This document shows positions 12,357-25,744 of a stretch of DNA of 64,000 bases, in pieces. Within the stretch, counting starts at the first letter, position 1, and every line of letters starts with the position of its first letter. The stretch covers positions 628,745 through 692,744 of the forward strand of contig ML992511.1 in NCBI GenBank assembly GCA_010093995.1. The letters are read 5' to 3'. A program made the translations under genes and the position numbers. The notes beneath the pieces are model-generated. The model had not been told where the DNA came from and made no database searches. It was given only the letters and a program-made list of their open reading frames with translations. This stretch comes from Elsinoe ampelina (Eukaryota).

Positions 12357-15300
12357 ATGGCCTACGGAGACCTGATTGCTCAACCGCTGGGCTCTGGCGG
12401 GGGTCTGAATTGGGTATTCCTGGTTGAGCTACTAGTGTGTGGTGTATTGTAAGCATGTTATGGTTACGCTCATATCTGTCTTCGCTCATAAGTGGTAGGG
12501 CTCTCTTTTTCCTTTTCTACTTCAATCGACTGTTCGCAACAATCATATCGTATATCATTCGAGCGTACACGTGGAGGAAGTACAAGGCGTACATCGATAT
12601 TACCTCTTTACAAATCTCCTTACTCGGTGGCCGACTGTTCTTCAAAAGCCTACGATATCAAGCTCACAATGAGACTATCCTTGTCCACGATGGTCGCATA
12701 ACGTGGAGATACTGGCTGAGTAAAGTGCAGGATGCCGACATCTATAGGACTCAACAACGAAAGTCGGCTCGTCAATCGACGCAGCAAAGTGACGAACAAT
12801 CAGAAAAAAGCACTGTTGCAGGCGAAGGAAGCTCTGACGAGGAGAGTGGTCGAATCGCCCCTCAGACCAACCTCCCTTGTCGTATTCATGTCCGTGTTTC
12901 GGGTGTCGAAGCCTTCCTCTACAACCACAGCCCCTCCTACGATCACGTCTTGTCAGAGCTGGAGAAGGTCAAAGCGCAAAAGGAGAAGCAAGAGCGGCAC
13001 GGAACATCACCAATATTTTCTGAGCCATCGTCGAATTCAGGCAATGGCGAGAAGGACATACATGCGCAGACATCCAACGAGCTCAGCGAGGAATTGACCC
13101 CGTCTGACCAGGACGATGAGCCTACTACGGCTGCAAGTTCTGCGTCCACGCTTCCTTCATATCTGCGGCTCTTCCCCATTCAGGTCGAATGCAAGAAGGC
13201 TGCGGCCGCGGTGGGCAATGAAAATACTCGGAGCGTCATCGTGGCTAGGACGACGTCCGCAAGCGGTCGAATCGATGCCGGACAAGCTGGGCCACTAGAT
13301 GTCTTTAAACTGCTCTTTATGTTCAACCTCGAGGAAGTAAGTGTCTCCTTACGACAAAATCAAGACTTCAGAGAGCTCCAGCTGCAAGCTGCCGCTCGCA
13401 CGGAGAACGATGACCCCAATCAACCTCGTCATCGTCGTGGGCGCTTGATTGCTCGTCTCACATCTTTCTTCTCCAAGTTTCGAGCTCTCTGCACCTGGAA
13501 CCGTAGTAGCTCTTCCTCAGTCCGTGCCTTGCACACTCGCGAAAAGTCTCAAGATATATCGATGCAGGAACCACTCATGCCACTCCCGGCATGGCACGGC
13601 TTATCGCGATTCCTGGACGACAATGATAAGGCAGCAAGCAGCGAATGGGATGAAATCGAGTATGCTCGGGTATCATCCCTGGCTGAATTTGCCAAGGTTG
13701 GTCTGAAGTTCTTCTGGGATATTGCCGGACCTGTCAGAGCTTCGACCCTCACGAACGGTGGTGTACCGCTCCTTTCGGACGATGCAAATGGGGACTCGCC
13801 CCCTGCTTATGGACTGGAAGTAACGGTGCGAGACGGCACAGTGAACTACGGACCCTGGACAGATCGTGAACGCATCATCCTGCAAGGAGTGTTCTTCCCA
13901 GCTTCGATGGTGGACGCAAGACCTTATCCAGCTTTGCGGCCTGGACAAACTCGCCTGTCCACAGTCTTCGATATGAGCTTCTTCGTCGAGGGCAATGTCA
14001 CTTTGCGAATTCCAACCCGTGAATCATCCAAGGACTGGAAATGGCAATCAAAGGCCCCGCAGGCCGAACCCGAACAAGCAAAGAAACCCTTTCGACGGAA
14101 AGGGCATACATCAGCACCATCGAGTAAGAGAGCCTCTAAAGCAAAGGCGGATGCTTCCCAAGACAAGCGCCCATTTGGTTGGTTGGATCTCACTGTTTCG
14201 CAAGATACAGTAGTACATTACGCAATGGACATGTATGCCCGAGGGGATGGCTTCCATAATCGTCTTAGCTTACACGCCAAAGAGCCGCGCATTACGACCA
14301 GCGTCAATCACGATCTGCTATGGAAGTCCGGTGACATTTCAGTACAAGGCAATCTATCTAACGCCTTGTCTTGGAACACTCTTCGGACTTGGTATTTCAA
14401 GATCCTTGTGGAGGACTTGGATCTTTACATCCTTCGGGACCACATGTTCCTGATCACTGATCTCATTACGGATTGGACTGCAGGCCCGCCATCAAACTTT
14501 TACACATTTGTGCCGTTTCGCTATAAGCTGGACATACAACTTAGCAATTTCAACCTCTTTCTGGGCGCGAACGATGCCAATTTGATCAATCGTCCTACAA
14601 ATCTTGATGACAATAGTTTCTTGGTACTTCGAGGCGAGATCCTGCAAGTCGACTTTACAATCCCACTTGAATTCTACAGACCACCACTAAACACATTCAC
14701 ATTCGACCTTATTACCGAGAACCTTGCACTGGATCTGCTCAATCCGCCTCGTTTAACCATTTGCGAGTTGCTGGAGAAGAAGCGGGTTGGGACTCTACCC
14801 ATTTTGACGCTCAAAGGCAGTCACACAGCTTATGCGGACCAATCTCCAGACCTGACGGATACCCTTCAAATGGAAATATGTGGAAAGGACCTCTGCTTGA
14901 CTGTATTTGGTTATCTTCTTCGGTACTTTGTCAACTTCAAGGATAATTACTTTGGCGAGTTCCTACATTTTCGAACCTTCGAAGAGTACCAAGCTGGCAG
15001 TGGCGATACTGCGGCTGCTATACGGGAGGAGCGGGAAAAGTACAAGTTTCGTCGTAGCAACGACCTTGATGTTATTTTGAGCATCATTGTTGAGCGTCCT
15101 ACGCTGTTGATACCTGCAAATCTTTATTCCGCAAAATATCACATCAGAGCGGACCTTCCGACGGCGGAAATCGATCTCCGTGTGACTAATTACTATCTGG
15201 ACCTGGAAGTTGATATCAGCCCCATCAGCTTCAGCTATTACGACGGAGAAGATACGGAGGATGTCATCCCATCCAGTGAACAGCTCCGAGTCGACAGTGT

Positions 15301-18300
15301 CACTGTCACTGGACACAGACTATTTGGTCTACCACCTGCGGAACCAGCTTACGTCAGTACGTGGGACATATCAGCAGGAGATGTCTCAGGAAAATGTCAA
15401 ACACAATTCTTGCACCAAGCTGCAAAGGCTGGGCAGGCTTTTGCGTTTGCCCTTGACGACCATGAGAACGCTCTGCCCAACTCTGGGGCGATCTTGGTAT
15501 ACGACATGATCTTTTTGCATGTCGTGACCGGCTCTGTCGAGCTTGCACTGGACGTCGATGGTTCCACCATGCATCTTGCCTTCGACCCCATTGACTTGCA
15601 TTTCGACGACGCCGCAGACCGACGTTTCTCCTCTCGTTTATCCACAAGACTGCCGAACTTGACGCTGGCATGCGTCGAGAACAAGACCAATCAACACCGG
15701 CATGGGTCGACGGCAGATACTGCAGCTGCAAAGTGCATCCTGTTCATACAGACCAGCATCGATTTCACGCTCGCCACCCGCAAGAAGAATTTTCTGAAAG
15801 AGCGCTCATTGCAGCAGAATCATGTTCGTAAGCACGATCAGCGAACAGATAGAGCACGATTTCTTCTGGATGAGGATCCTCGCAGGTTCTCTGTAGGATC
15901 CGATGACTTGCCAATCGATCCACCAGCCCTTGCGCTTGCAGCCCTTCCGAGATCTATCCGGAGGATACCTGGGCAACGGTACAATGACACTCAAGCTTCG
16001 AAGTCAAGCCATACCTATAGTCGCCGCCAGGACCACTTTTCTGGCAACAGAGAACGGATGACGGGCGCTTACGTCTCGTCTTCCATACGTGAAGCAGTGG
16101 CGCCGGAAGCATTCGCAGATCTTCCTGAGTACGCCTTTGCTGATGCCAGCTTCACCAATGCAGACAATGATTCGGACAACATCCTGTACGATCCTGGACC
16201 AACTGAAGAGGACGAGCAACATCAAAACATAATTGTGTCGTTTCTCCCTGGTATTCGTGGATTGATCCAACCCGAATTTGCAAGAGTGGCGACCAGATTG
16301 ACTTCAGAATTCATGCCTGCTAACATCGATGACGTTATGGATGCGGTACAGCTCGCTGTGGTCGGCAAAGTTGAAAGTAATCTCAAGAGAAGACTTGGAG
16401 AGAAGAATGTACTTGACCTGAAAGTCAGCTTACCGTCCTTGTCAATCAGGATGCTAGCAGATCCTGATCCTTACTTGACCACTGCAAGTAATAGTCACCG
16501 CCTCGACTTCTTGCTCAACAAGCTCGCGCTTTCCTTTAGAGCAAGAAGCCGTACAGGTGAGTCTGCTGGGAACACAGTCCGGGTCTTGCACTCCACCCTC
16601 GATACGCTCTCGGTGGATTTCTTTGCAGAATCGACACAGAACCAGTTTGGGCGTCCAGATCTGAAGCTTGAAGTCCAAGACATCCTGGCCTGGTTCACAC
16701 TCTCCCAGGCGAATACGGTGAGACTCTCGTTCCGAGTCTTGACCCAATCAATCGCCATCGACCGACCTCGCCAACTAGCTATAGCCCTTATGCAAATAAC
16801 AGAGGTCGCAATTGCTGCTGGAAAGGATTTCATGGTGCTGGACGATACAACCAGTCTTCGAACACGCACGCTTCTCCAGTACATCAACCAACATCACGGA
16901 GGAATCTCCGATCCCCTCCATCTGTCTCGCATGACATATGTGCTCAGAGCTTTCCCTGAACATCTTCGCAACCAGGAATCATGGAAGATGCTGGCGAGAA
17001 TACGTCACGCACTGGTGACCTTCACAGACGATCAGACCCGACAATTATCACATGCTCTACTCGACAGTAATGCACTCAAGCGCAAGGGCAGCATACCGCT
17101 TCAGGAACTCCTCAGCTGGTGCGCATGGGACATTCCTGCACCCCAAGACACTTGCATATTCCACATGATATCTGGGGAGCTCGAAGAGGTCGAGGATCCA
17201 ACTACTCGAACCCCACTCAATCTATCCATTCATTCAGGACTGATCCGCCTCCTCGTGGGCCCAAGCAACCGAGGAAGCGAAGTGTCTATAGCAGATCTGA
17301 ATTTGGACGTCTTTGTACAGCCGCCCTCTGAGCCAACGGGTCTTATGCTAGTACAGGACAACATCCGCACGCTGGTGACCGTCGTAGCGAGATCATCGGC
17401 AATGTTTACTCGCCTTGAATGGGACCTGGTGCACGCTGTCCATCCCGCCATAGACGCTTTCGAGTTGCACAAAAAGCGAAGAAAACGATCCTCCTCAAAG
17501 TCTACTCTAGCACGTATCAACTCGTTTGAACCCCCTGCGACTAGGGATGATTTTCACTTCATATTCTCGACAGAGACGGGAACTGCGATAATTGACACGA
17601 TCCATCTTCAACATGTCTCAGAAGTACGAGACCTGCAGCTTTCGCTCATCGGCACATCGAGAGCGAACGAAACTTACGCAAACTGTTTGAGTCTTCTCAT
17701 CGGCTGTGAACGGGCAACCACCGAGCTTCATACGCAAGGTGGCACAAGCGAGCGGATATGGCGAACTTCTTTGACGAAACCTTCCATCTATGTCGACATT
17801 CGGCATCGTGACAAGGATAGTGCAACCGAGCTCAATGTGGGCGGTAGCTATGGCGATATGAACATCAAGATCCAACGCGAGCCACTCGGAATACTATCAA
17901 CAGTGGACAAGATCTTGTCCGGTGAAGTTAGCCAGATCAGGAACCTCCAGGAAAGGATCGCGGGGGTCATTGGCACCTCAACACCCAAGGCGGAGGTTGT
18001 GCCGGATATCACCAACTTGAACAAGCTTGAGATCAATGCAGCTCTACTTGCTGGAAAATTCAATGTCAGCTTCGCAGTCTTACAATCTTTGACGCTGAAT
18101 GTCCAGGGTAAGACTGCGAACTTGCGAATCAAGCCTCGACGTATCAAGAACACCCCCTTGGACCTGGAGATCGATGTCGGGCCTATTCGATTTGCCGCTA
18201 TCAGTAAAGAATCTGGCCTTGTCGGTGAGGAAGCACTCTTCCACACTCCGAGAGCCAATACATCAGCTGAGGTATTGCTCCGGGAGGATCAAAAATCTCT

Positions 18301-21300
18301 CAAGCTTTCCAGTACTATTCAAGAGATGCAGATCGATGCTGCAGCAGTCCAGAATATTCTCAACTTGTTCAGAAGAGAAGAGGTTCAAGCTACTGTGCAG
18401 ACCTTGCAAGGTGGCATAGGAGACCTTCAACAGCGCATCAACGATCTCTTCGGTTCTCCAAAAGAGGACGTGTCGAGTGAAGCTATCACAGAGCAATCGA
18501 TCTTCAGATACAGCATCGATGTCACTCTAGCTGGCTTCAAAATCAGCGCGAATGCCCCGGTCAAGGAAAGTGATGCCATCAGTGCAGAGCTCATCTTCGG
18601 TTTGGGCATGGTTCAGGTGGCAGTAGACAATGGTCTCGACAACGCCAGTCCCATTGCTGGCTTCCCAGAGATCTATGCTCGTATCGAGAGCATTTATGCG
18701 ACCCTTGACCTCCTCGGTTTGCAGCGGAAGCGGCGTTGTGGTCACGTACAGGTGGGCTTGCTTCTTCAGAGCAAGTCGCCACCTCCTGGATCCAAGTCTC
18801 TGCTCGGTGATGTCTATATCAACAGTGATACTCTGGACGTCAAAGTGTCGGCAGAGACTGCATCAACCATTGTGGACATCATTACGCATATTCAACAGAA
18901 GATAGTCGACCTAGATTTGAGCAAAGAAGTCGAGTACATCAAGCTCCGACACGCTCAGAACCGAAAGAGCAAGAAACAGCTCAAGCCCAAGGACTCCGAT
19001 GAGAGCTTCACTCTGGAATCATTAGCCTCGATGGCACCTTCCAATCTGGTCATCAGTCTCAACCACATCAGATTTGCATGGGTAATTGCAGGTCAGCAGC
19101 AAGATACTCCTTGGCAGCCAGAAGATCTTGAGCTCAGTCTAGCTCGCGTAGAGTTTTCTCTCAAGCAACGTAACCAGGCAAAGCTGACTATTGAGAGTCT
19201 ACAGCTCCAGATGATACCAAAGTCTTATGCCCAGACCAAACGATCGATGAACTCTGCTCTTCTACCAGAGATGATCTTCATGGTCAAGTTTGAGACAACA
19301 GAGCATGGGTTGAGCCTCGCCTTCCAAGCAGTCGGCCAAGCAGTTGACTTCCGGCTCGATGCAGGCTTTCCTGGACCACTCGGACTCCTTGTCACATCTG
19401 GACGAGATGCTGTTGACAAATATAGAGCAGCATCGAAGAACTGGTACGTATCAGCAAAGACTGAAGGCGACAGTCCTGTACGAAGTACTCCTTTCGGGAT
19501 CAAACGATTGACATCCCTGCTCGCCGACGTCAGCTTCGCTGGTGGGATCTTGAACCTAAAGGGCAAGCCCATCACTGTTGCCGCACTCAACAATAACGTT
19601 GACAGCATACCTCTCGGACAGGGCAGAGCTGGGGCTGCAGTGCAAACCACGCTTCGAGCTCCAGGAATAGCGATGAAGCTGGAATATCTATCAGATGACC
19701 GGCGTGCTACGGAGCCAACTTTGACTGGTGAGATCAAGGTTGACGCATCAAGCAATACTGTCTACCCAGAGCTGGTGCCTATTATATTGCAAATGACCGA
19801 TAATGCGAAAGAAGCTATGCAGAAAGCGGAGGCCACCAACAAGACCAAGAAGGACAAGGCAAAAGCAGAGAGCGATCTATCGAGGAGTGGCATCACCCTT
19901 CCAGATGACAACCTGCTCAAGTCGAATGAGCTCCTCGCTCGCACAAAGATCAGCTTCGGACTTCGCATCTGCCGGCAGGAGTTTGGGCTTAGCTGTCAAC
20001 CAATTGCCAGAGTCAACGCCAAAGCACACATTGAGGATATCTACATTTCCTTCAATACTCTCGATCCCGCCCCCGAAGAGCGGTTCATCGCCATCTCCGC
20101 CAGCTTAACAAGCTTCAAGGCTTCGGTGCAGCATGTGTACTCCAGAGACTCGACTTTCAGCTTCGATATTGAGTCTGTCAATCTCTCGGTCATGAACACT
20201 CGTCATCTTGATAACACATCGTCTGGCCTCTCAGCAATTCTGAAGATCGAGCCCATGAAGACATCGATAAACGCTCGTCAGCTACAGGACCTGCTCCTCT
20301 TTCGCGAGATCTGGTTACCTGAGCAACTACGAAAGCAGAATAACTCACAAACGCCAGCATCAACAGATCAGACTGATGAAATCTTAGTACAGCGGTATCG
20401 CCAAGTCGCAGCAGCTGCGGCCTTTCCATGGAACGCCACCGTCTCGCTCACCAATGTCTCACTCGAAATCGACTTTGGACAGAGCATTGGCAAGAGCTCG
20501 ATCAGCATCAAGGACATGTGGGCTGCCTCGCAGAAGACGTCGGGCTGGAAACAAGAGCTCTGTGTCGGTATCAGCGAGATCGACGCAAACAGCGTTGGTA
20601 GGATGGGAGGCTTCATTGAGCTTGCCGACGTGAAATTGCGGACACTGATCGAGTGGCCAGTCGAGGAGGCTCAAGTGCAACAAACGCCATTGATCCAGGC
20701 TACTCTGGGCTTCGACAAGCTGCGGGTGAAAGCGGCCTTTGATTATCAGCCATTTGCATTTGCGGATTTTGGTGGGCTTTCATTCATCATGTACAATGTG
20801 CGAGACGGTGACGGCGCGGAGAATGATAGACTGGTGGCTGCGTTGAATCTTGGAAATGCGTACACTTATATCACCGCGACCAGCCCAGCTCAAGCTCTCG
20901 GATTATTCCAGGCTTTCGACCGGCTGATACAGGAGAAGCAGGCTGCTTTCAAACAATCTGTCAGTGACATTCAAAAGCAATTGCAGAGGCCATCAGTCAG
21001 CACTCCATATGCAACGCAGACTCTCCAGCCCATACTCGAAGCGCCCTCAAAGCCCAAGAAGAGCGGCTTTCCGATCCGCCTGCGGACCGATGTGGTGGTC
21101 AGAGTACAGACGATCAACGTCGGTGTCTATCCAAGCACCTTCTTCGACAGCCAGATTCTCAAGCTGGAGGCTGTTGAAGGACAAGCACGCTTCTTGGTTG
21201 ACATCACTGACGGCAAGATTCACAGCAATCTAAGCTTGATACTGGGTCAGCTGCAAGTCGCTCTCGCGTCCACGAAGCGGATCAAGGTACCAAGGACGAT

Positions 21301-21889
21301 CGCCGACATCAAGATTACAGAGGTCGTCGAGAATGGCGTTGCAGCAAAAGGTGGAATCATCTTGCGTGTGCCTCGACTTGTGGCATCGATGCAGACGTGG
21401 CAACCACCTGAGGCCAAGCGGATTGACTACATCTTTAAGAGCACATTTGAAGGCAAGGTTGACGTGGGCTGGAATTACAGCCGTATCAGCTTCATCCGCA
21501 CAATGTGGGACACGCATTCTAGATCTCTGGCAGCGAGGCTCGGAAAGCCGTTGCCTGAATCAGCGGTGCGAATCACGGCTGGGCCAGATCAGGAAAGGGG
21601 CAAGGGTAGGAAGCCCGATGGAGAAAAGCCCGATGAAGAGCAGGACAAGGGCAAGATCACGGCTGTGGTCAACATGCCTGCCAGCAAGTATGAGTACAGA
21701 GCGCTTGAGCCGCCTGTCATCGAGACGCCTCAGTTGAGGGACATGGGTGAGGCGACGCCACCGTTGGAGTGGATTGGGTTGCAGAGAGATCGATTGCCGA
21801 ACGTGGTGCATCAAGTAGTCATTGTTGGATTATTGGAGTTGGTCAAAGAGGTGGAGGATGCATATTCTGGGATTTTGGGATCTTCATGA
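12357..21889 (+). CDS. CSF1: Csf1 / BLTP1 (KIAA1109/Tweek-like) bridge-like lipid transfer protein
   Basis: Exon 1 from ATG 12357 (MAYGDLIAQPLGSGGGLNWVFLVELLVCGVL), intron 12449-12498, then a ~3130-codon exon with FYFNRLF, YGPWTDRER, NFKDNYFGE and the C-terminal PQLRDMGEATPPLEWIG typical of Csf1. Confidence 0.92.
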
Positions 21890-22408
21890 AGTGGTGCGTG
21901 GCGTGGCGTTTGTCAGCAGCGTTGAAACTCGAGACTGCATGACGAGTCTTTACAGTAATGTTAGCGAGCCAGTGACTCACTGGCAGTTTCATACAATGAA
22001 TAATCTGTAAATTGACACCGCATCCTGGATCTCTACGTCAGATCGATATCTGCCAAAAGTGCCACCTTGCCCCGCTGGCCCAAGCGTCAACGAGGGCCAA
22101 AGACGCTTACCTAATTGGGCAGACAAGTTTAGCGTCCGAGGAACCCCCACCTGCGCAAAATCCAGTCCACCTCCCAAATCTTCCTTTCCCACCCACCTCT
22201 TCGCTATCAAGCTACGCCGACATAGGTTTGTTGAATCTGTCTTTTTGGTCGACAAAGAGCTTCATCTAACACCTCACTAGGCCCTTTCATCTCTCTCCCG
22301 CTTGTCTAGCGAACAAGCGCCTTCAAAACCTGAAGCGGGGTCAATCGCTTTCCACACCGACAATCCAAATTTCAAGAGTCTAGGAAGTCATCAGTCAATA
22401 CCGCCAAG

Positions 22409-25164
22409 ATGGTCAAGTGAGTACATCATACCCCGATGGAAAGCGAGCAGAATGAGGGAGAACGAAAAAGATGGGACATGCCGCAAAGAAACAAGCATAA
22501 TGGTAGACAAGAAACAAGCGCTGACAAACTGCTCCAGCTTCACCGTCGAGGAGATCCGTGGTCTCATGGACAACCCGATCAACATCAGGAACATGTCCGT
22601 CATTGCCCACGTCGATCACGGCAAATCTACCCTCACCGACTCGCTCGTCCAGCGTGCCGGTATCATTTCTGCAGCCAAGGCTGGAGAAGCCCGTTTCACA
22701 GATACCAGAGCTGACGAGCAAGAGCGTGGTGTGACAATCAAGTCGACTGCTATCTCGCTTTACGGCAAACTCGGCGACGAGGAGGATCTCAAGGATATCC
22801 CAGTCAAGACCGAGAAGAACGACTTCTTGATCAACTTGATCGACTCCCCCGGCCACGTTGATTTCTCATCCGAAGTCACCGCCGCTCTCCGTGTCACTGA
22901 CGGTGCCCTCGTCGTCGTCGATACCATCGAAGGTGTCTGCGTCCAGACCGAGACTGTGCTCCGCCAGGCTCTTGGTGAGCGTATCAAGCCCGTCGTCATC
23001 ATCAACAAGGTCGATCGTGCCCTGCTCGAATTGCAGCTCGGCAAGGAAGATCTGTACCAGAACTTCTCCCGTGTCATCGAGTCCGTCAACGTCGTCATCG
23101 CCACATACTTTGACAAGGCTCTCGGGGATTGCCAGGTCTACCCTGAGAAGGGTACCATTGCCTTCGGTTCCGGTCTTCACGGTTGGGCTTTCACTATCCG
23201 CCAGTTCGCTTCCAAGTACGCCAAGAAGTTTGGTGTTGACAAGACCAAGATGATGGAGAGGCTTTGGGTGAGTTTGATCAAGTTCTGGCCCAAAAGTCAG
23301 AATCTAATGAATTTCAGGGCGACAATTACTTCAACCCAAAGACCAAGAAGTGGACCAAGGTCGGCAACCACGAGGGTACTGAGCTCGAGCGTGCCTTCAA
23401 CCAGTTCTGCTTGGACCCCATTTTCCGTATCTTCAACTCCGTCATGAACTTCAAGACCGACGAGATCCCCAAGCTTCTCGAGAAGCTCGAGATCAAGCTT
23501 ACTGGTGACGAGAAGGATCTTACCGGAAAGCAGCTCCTCAAGGTTGTCATGAGGAAGTTCTTGCCCGCCGCTGATGCGCTCATGGAGATGATGATTCTCC
23601 ACCTTCCTTCGCCTGCCGTTGCACAGAAGTACCGTATGGAGACCCTCTACGAAGGTCCCCATGACGACGAGGCCGCCATCGCCATCCGTGATTGCGACCC
23701 CAAGGGTACTCTCATGTTGTACGTCTCCAAGATGGTACCGACATCCGACAAGGGTCGTTTCTACGCCTTCGGTCGTGTCTTCGCTGGTACCGTCCGTTCC
23801 GGTCTCAAGGTCCGCATCCAGGGTCCCAACTACACCCCTGGCAAGAAGGAGGATCTGTTCATCAAGTCCATTCAGCGTACTATTCTCATGATGGGTCGTT
23901 TCACCGAGCCCATTGAGGATGTGCCAGCCGGTAACATTCTTGGTCTCGTCGGTGTCGATCAGTTCTTGCTTAAGTCTGGTACCCTCACCACTTCCGAGAC
24001 CGCCCACAACCTCAAGGTCATGAAGTTCTCCGTTTCTCCCGTCGTCCAGCGCTCCGTCGAAGTCAAGAACGCCAACGATCTTCCCAAGCTTGTCGAAGGT
24101 CTCAAGCGTCTGAGCAAGTCGGATCCTTGCGTCTTGACCTTCATCACCGAATCTGGTGAGCACGTCGTGGCCGGTGCCGGTGAGCTTCACTTGGAAATTT
24201 GCTTGAAGGATCTCGAGGAGGACCACGCTGGTGTACCTCTCCGTATCTCCGACCCTGTCGTGTCTTACCGTGAGACCGTCGGCGGTGACTCAAGCATGAC
24301 CGCTCTTTCCAAGTCTCCCAACAAGCACAACCGTCTCTACATGGTCGCCACCCCTCTGTCCGAGGAGGTTTCCAAGGACATTGAGGCCGGCAGAATTGGC
24401 CCACGTGATGATTTCAAGGCCCGTGCCAGAATCCTCGCTGACGACCACGGTTGGGATGTCACCGACGCCAGGAAGATCTGGTGTTTCGGTCCCGAGACCA
24501 CTGGCGCCAACTTGCTCGTCGATCAGACCAAGGCTGTCCAGTACCTCAACGAAATCAAGGATTCCGTCGTCTCTGGTTTCCAATGGGCGACAAAGGAAGG
24601 TCCTATCGCCGAAGAGCCAGTCCGATCCGTCCGGTACAACATCATGGACGTCACTCTCCACGCCGATGCCATTCACCGTGGTGGTGGTCAAATCATCCCA
24701 ACTGCCCGTCGTGTGCTCTACGCCGCTACCCTTCTCGCCGACCCCGGTATCCAGGAGCCCGTCTTCTTGGTCGAAATTCAGGTACCCGAGCAGGCCATGG
24801 GTGGTATCTACTCCGTCCTCACCAGGAGGAGAGGTCACGTTTTCGAGGAGGCCCAGCGTCCGGGTACCCCTCTGTTCAACATCAAGGCCTACCTCCCCGT
24901 CAACGAATCGTTCGGTTTCAACGCCGATCTCCGCTCCAACACTGGTGGCCAAGCTTTCCCGCAAATGGTGTTCGACCACTGGCAGATCCTGCCCGGTGGC
25001 AGCCCTCTCGACAAGACTACCATGACTGGCAAGATTGTCGAGGATATGCGCAAGAGGAAGGGTATCAAGCCAGAAGTCCCTGGCTACGAGAACGTGAGTG
25101 TTTTGACTGCGGGGTATGATGAATCAGAAGCTAACATGATGTTCAGTACTACGACAAGCTCTAA
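22409..25164 (+). CDS. EFT2: Translation elongation factor 2
   Basis: MVN|FTVEEIR start; [29 protein letters not shown] GTPase motifs; diphthamide site [11 protein letters not shown]. Introns 22417-22537, 23268-23317 and 25094-25146; ends YYDKL-stop. Probable 5' UTR intron 22226-22280 (GTTTGT...CTAAC...TAG). Confidence 0.98.
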
Positions 25165-25744
25165 ATGGTGTCTCCGTCATCAGAGTCAAGACCATGACGT
25201 TGGCTGGAACATGGTGTCTGCCTTTCATGATGATCTAGAAGGGACGATAGATTGTGTCCGATATTTCAAGGGCATGAATGATATCCAGAGAAAAGACACT
25301 GTTCATTATGTAGTTTCGAGGTTTTGCATCGGAAATGAGATTCAGATTGTTCAAATTATACCGGTTGTGACTATGCTGCGAATGTGCTTGCCTTGCATGA
25401 CGGACGCGTCCAAGGGTCCTCCCAGCAACAATTCTGTCTGATTCGATTGCACGTAGCATTCCTGACAAGTGATCCCATGTCCAACGTGGTTGGAACAGCC
25501 GCCAAACCCTGCAGAACAGCTCACTCCGCAAAGCTTGAAGTGAAGCTTGACGTCGTCCTACCTCGACCCAGCAACAACTTTTTTCCTCTACGGTCCCACC
25601 ACTTCCAAACCACACCTACACCTCCGCTCAACCATTCACCCAAGCTTACACCATGTCCACCACCCCTTGAACCATTCCACTCCCACCGCAACCCATCCCA
25701 CCACAACCCCGCCCCTTCCTTCATCACTCAAAGATCCCAGTACA

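Noticed and set aside
12437..12498. ORF-track start of the 3150-aa protein at 12437
   Set aside because: It is a non-ATG start whose frame runs through intron 1 (12449-12498); the spliced start at ATG 12357 gives the expected Csf1 N-terminal TM helix.
23297..24979. Long antisense ORFs (309 aa, 229 aa) over eEF2, and similar ones over PLD, UPF2, RBM26 and CUL1
   Set aside because: Shadow ORFs caused by strong codon bias of the sense gene; no recognisable domains.
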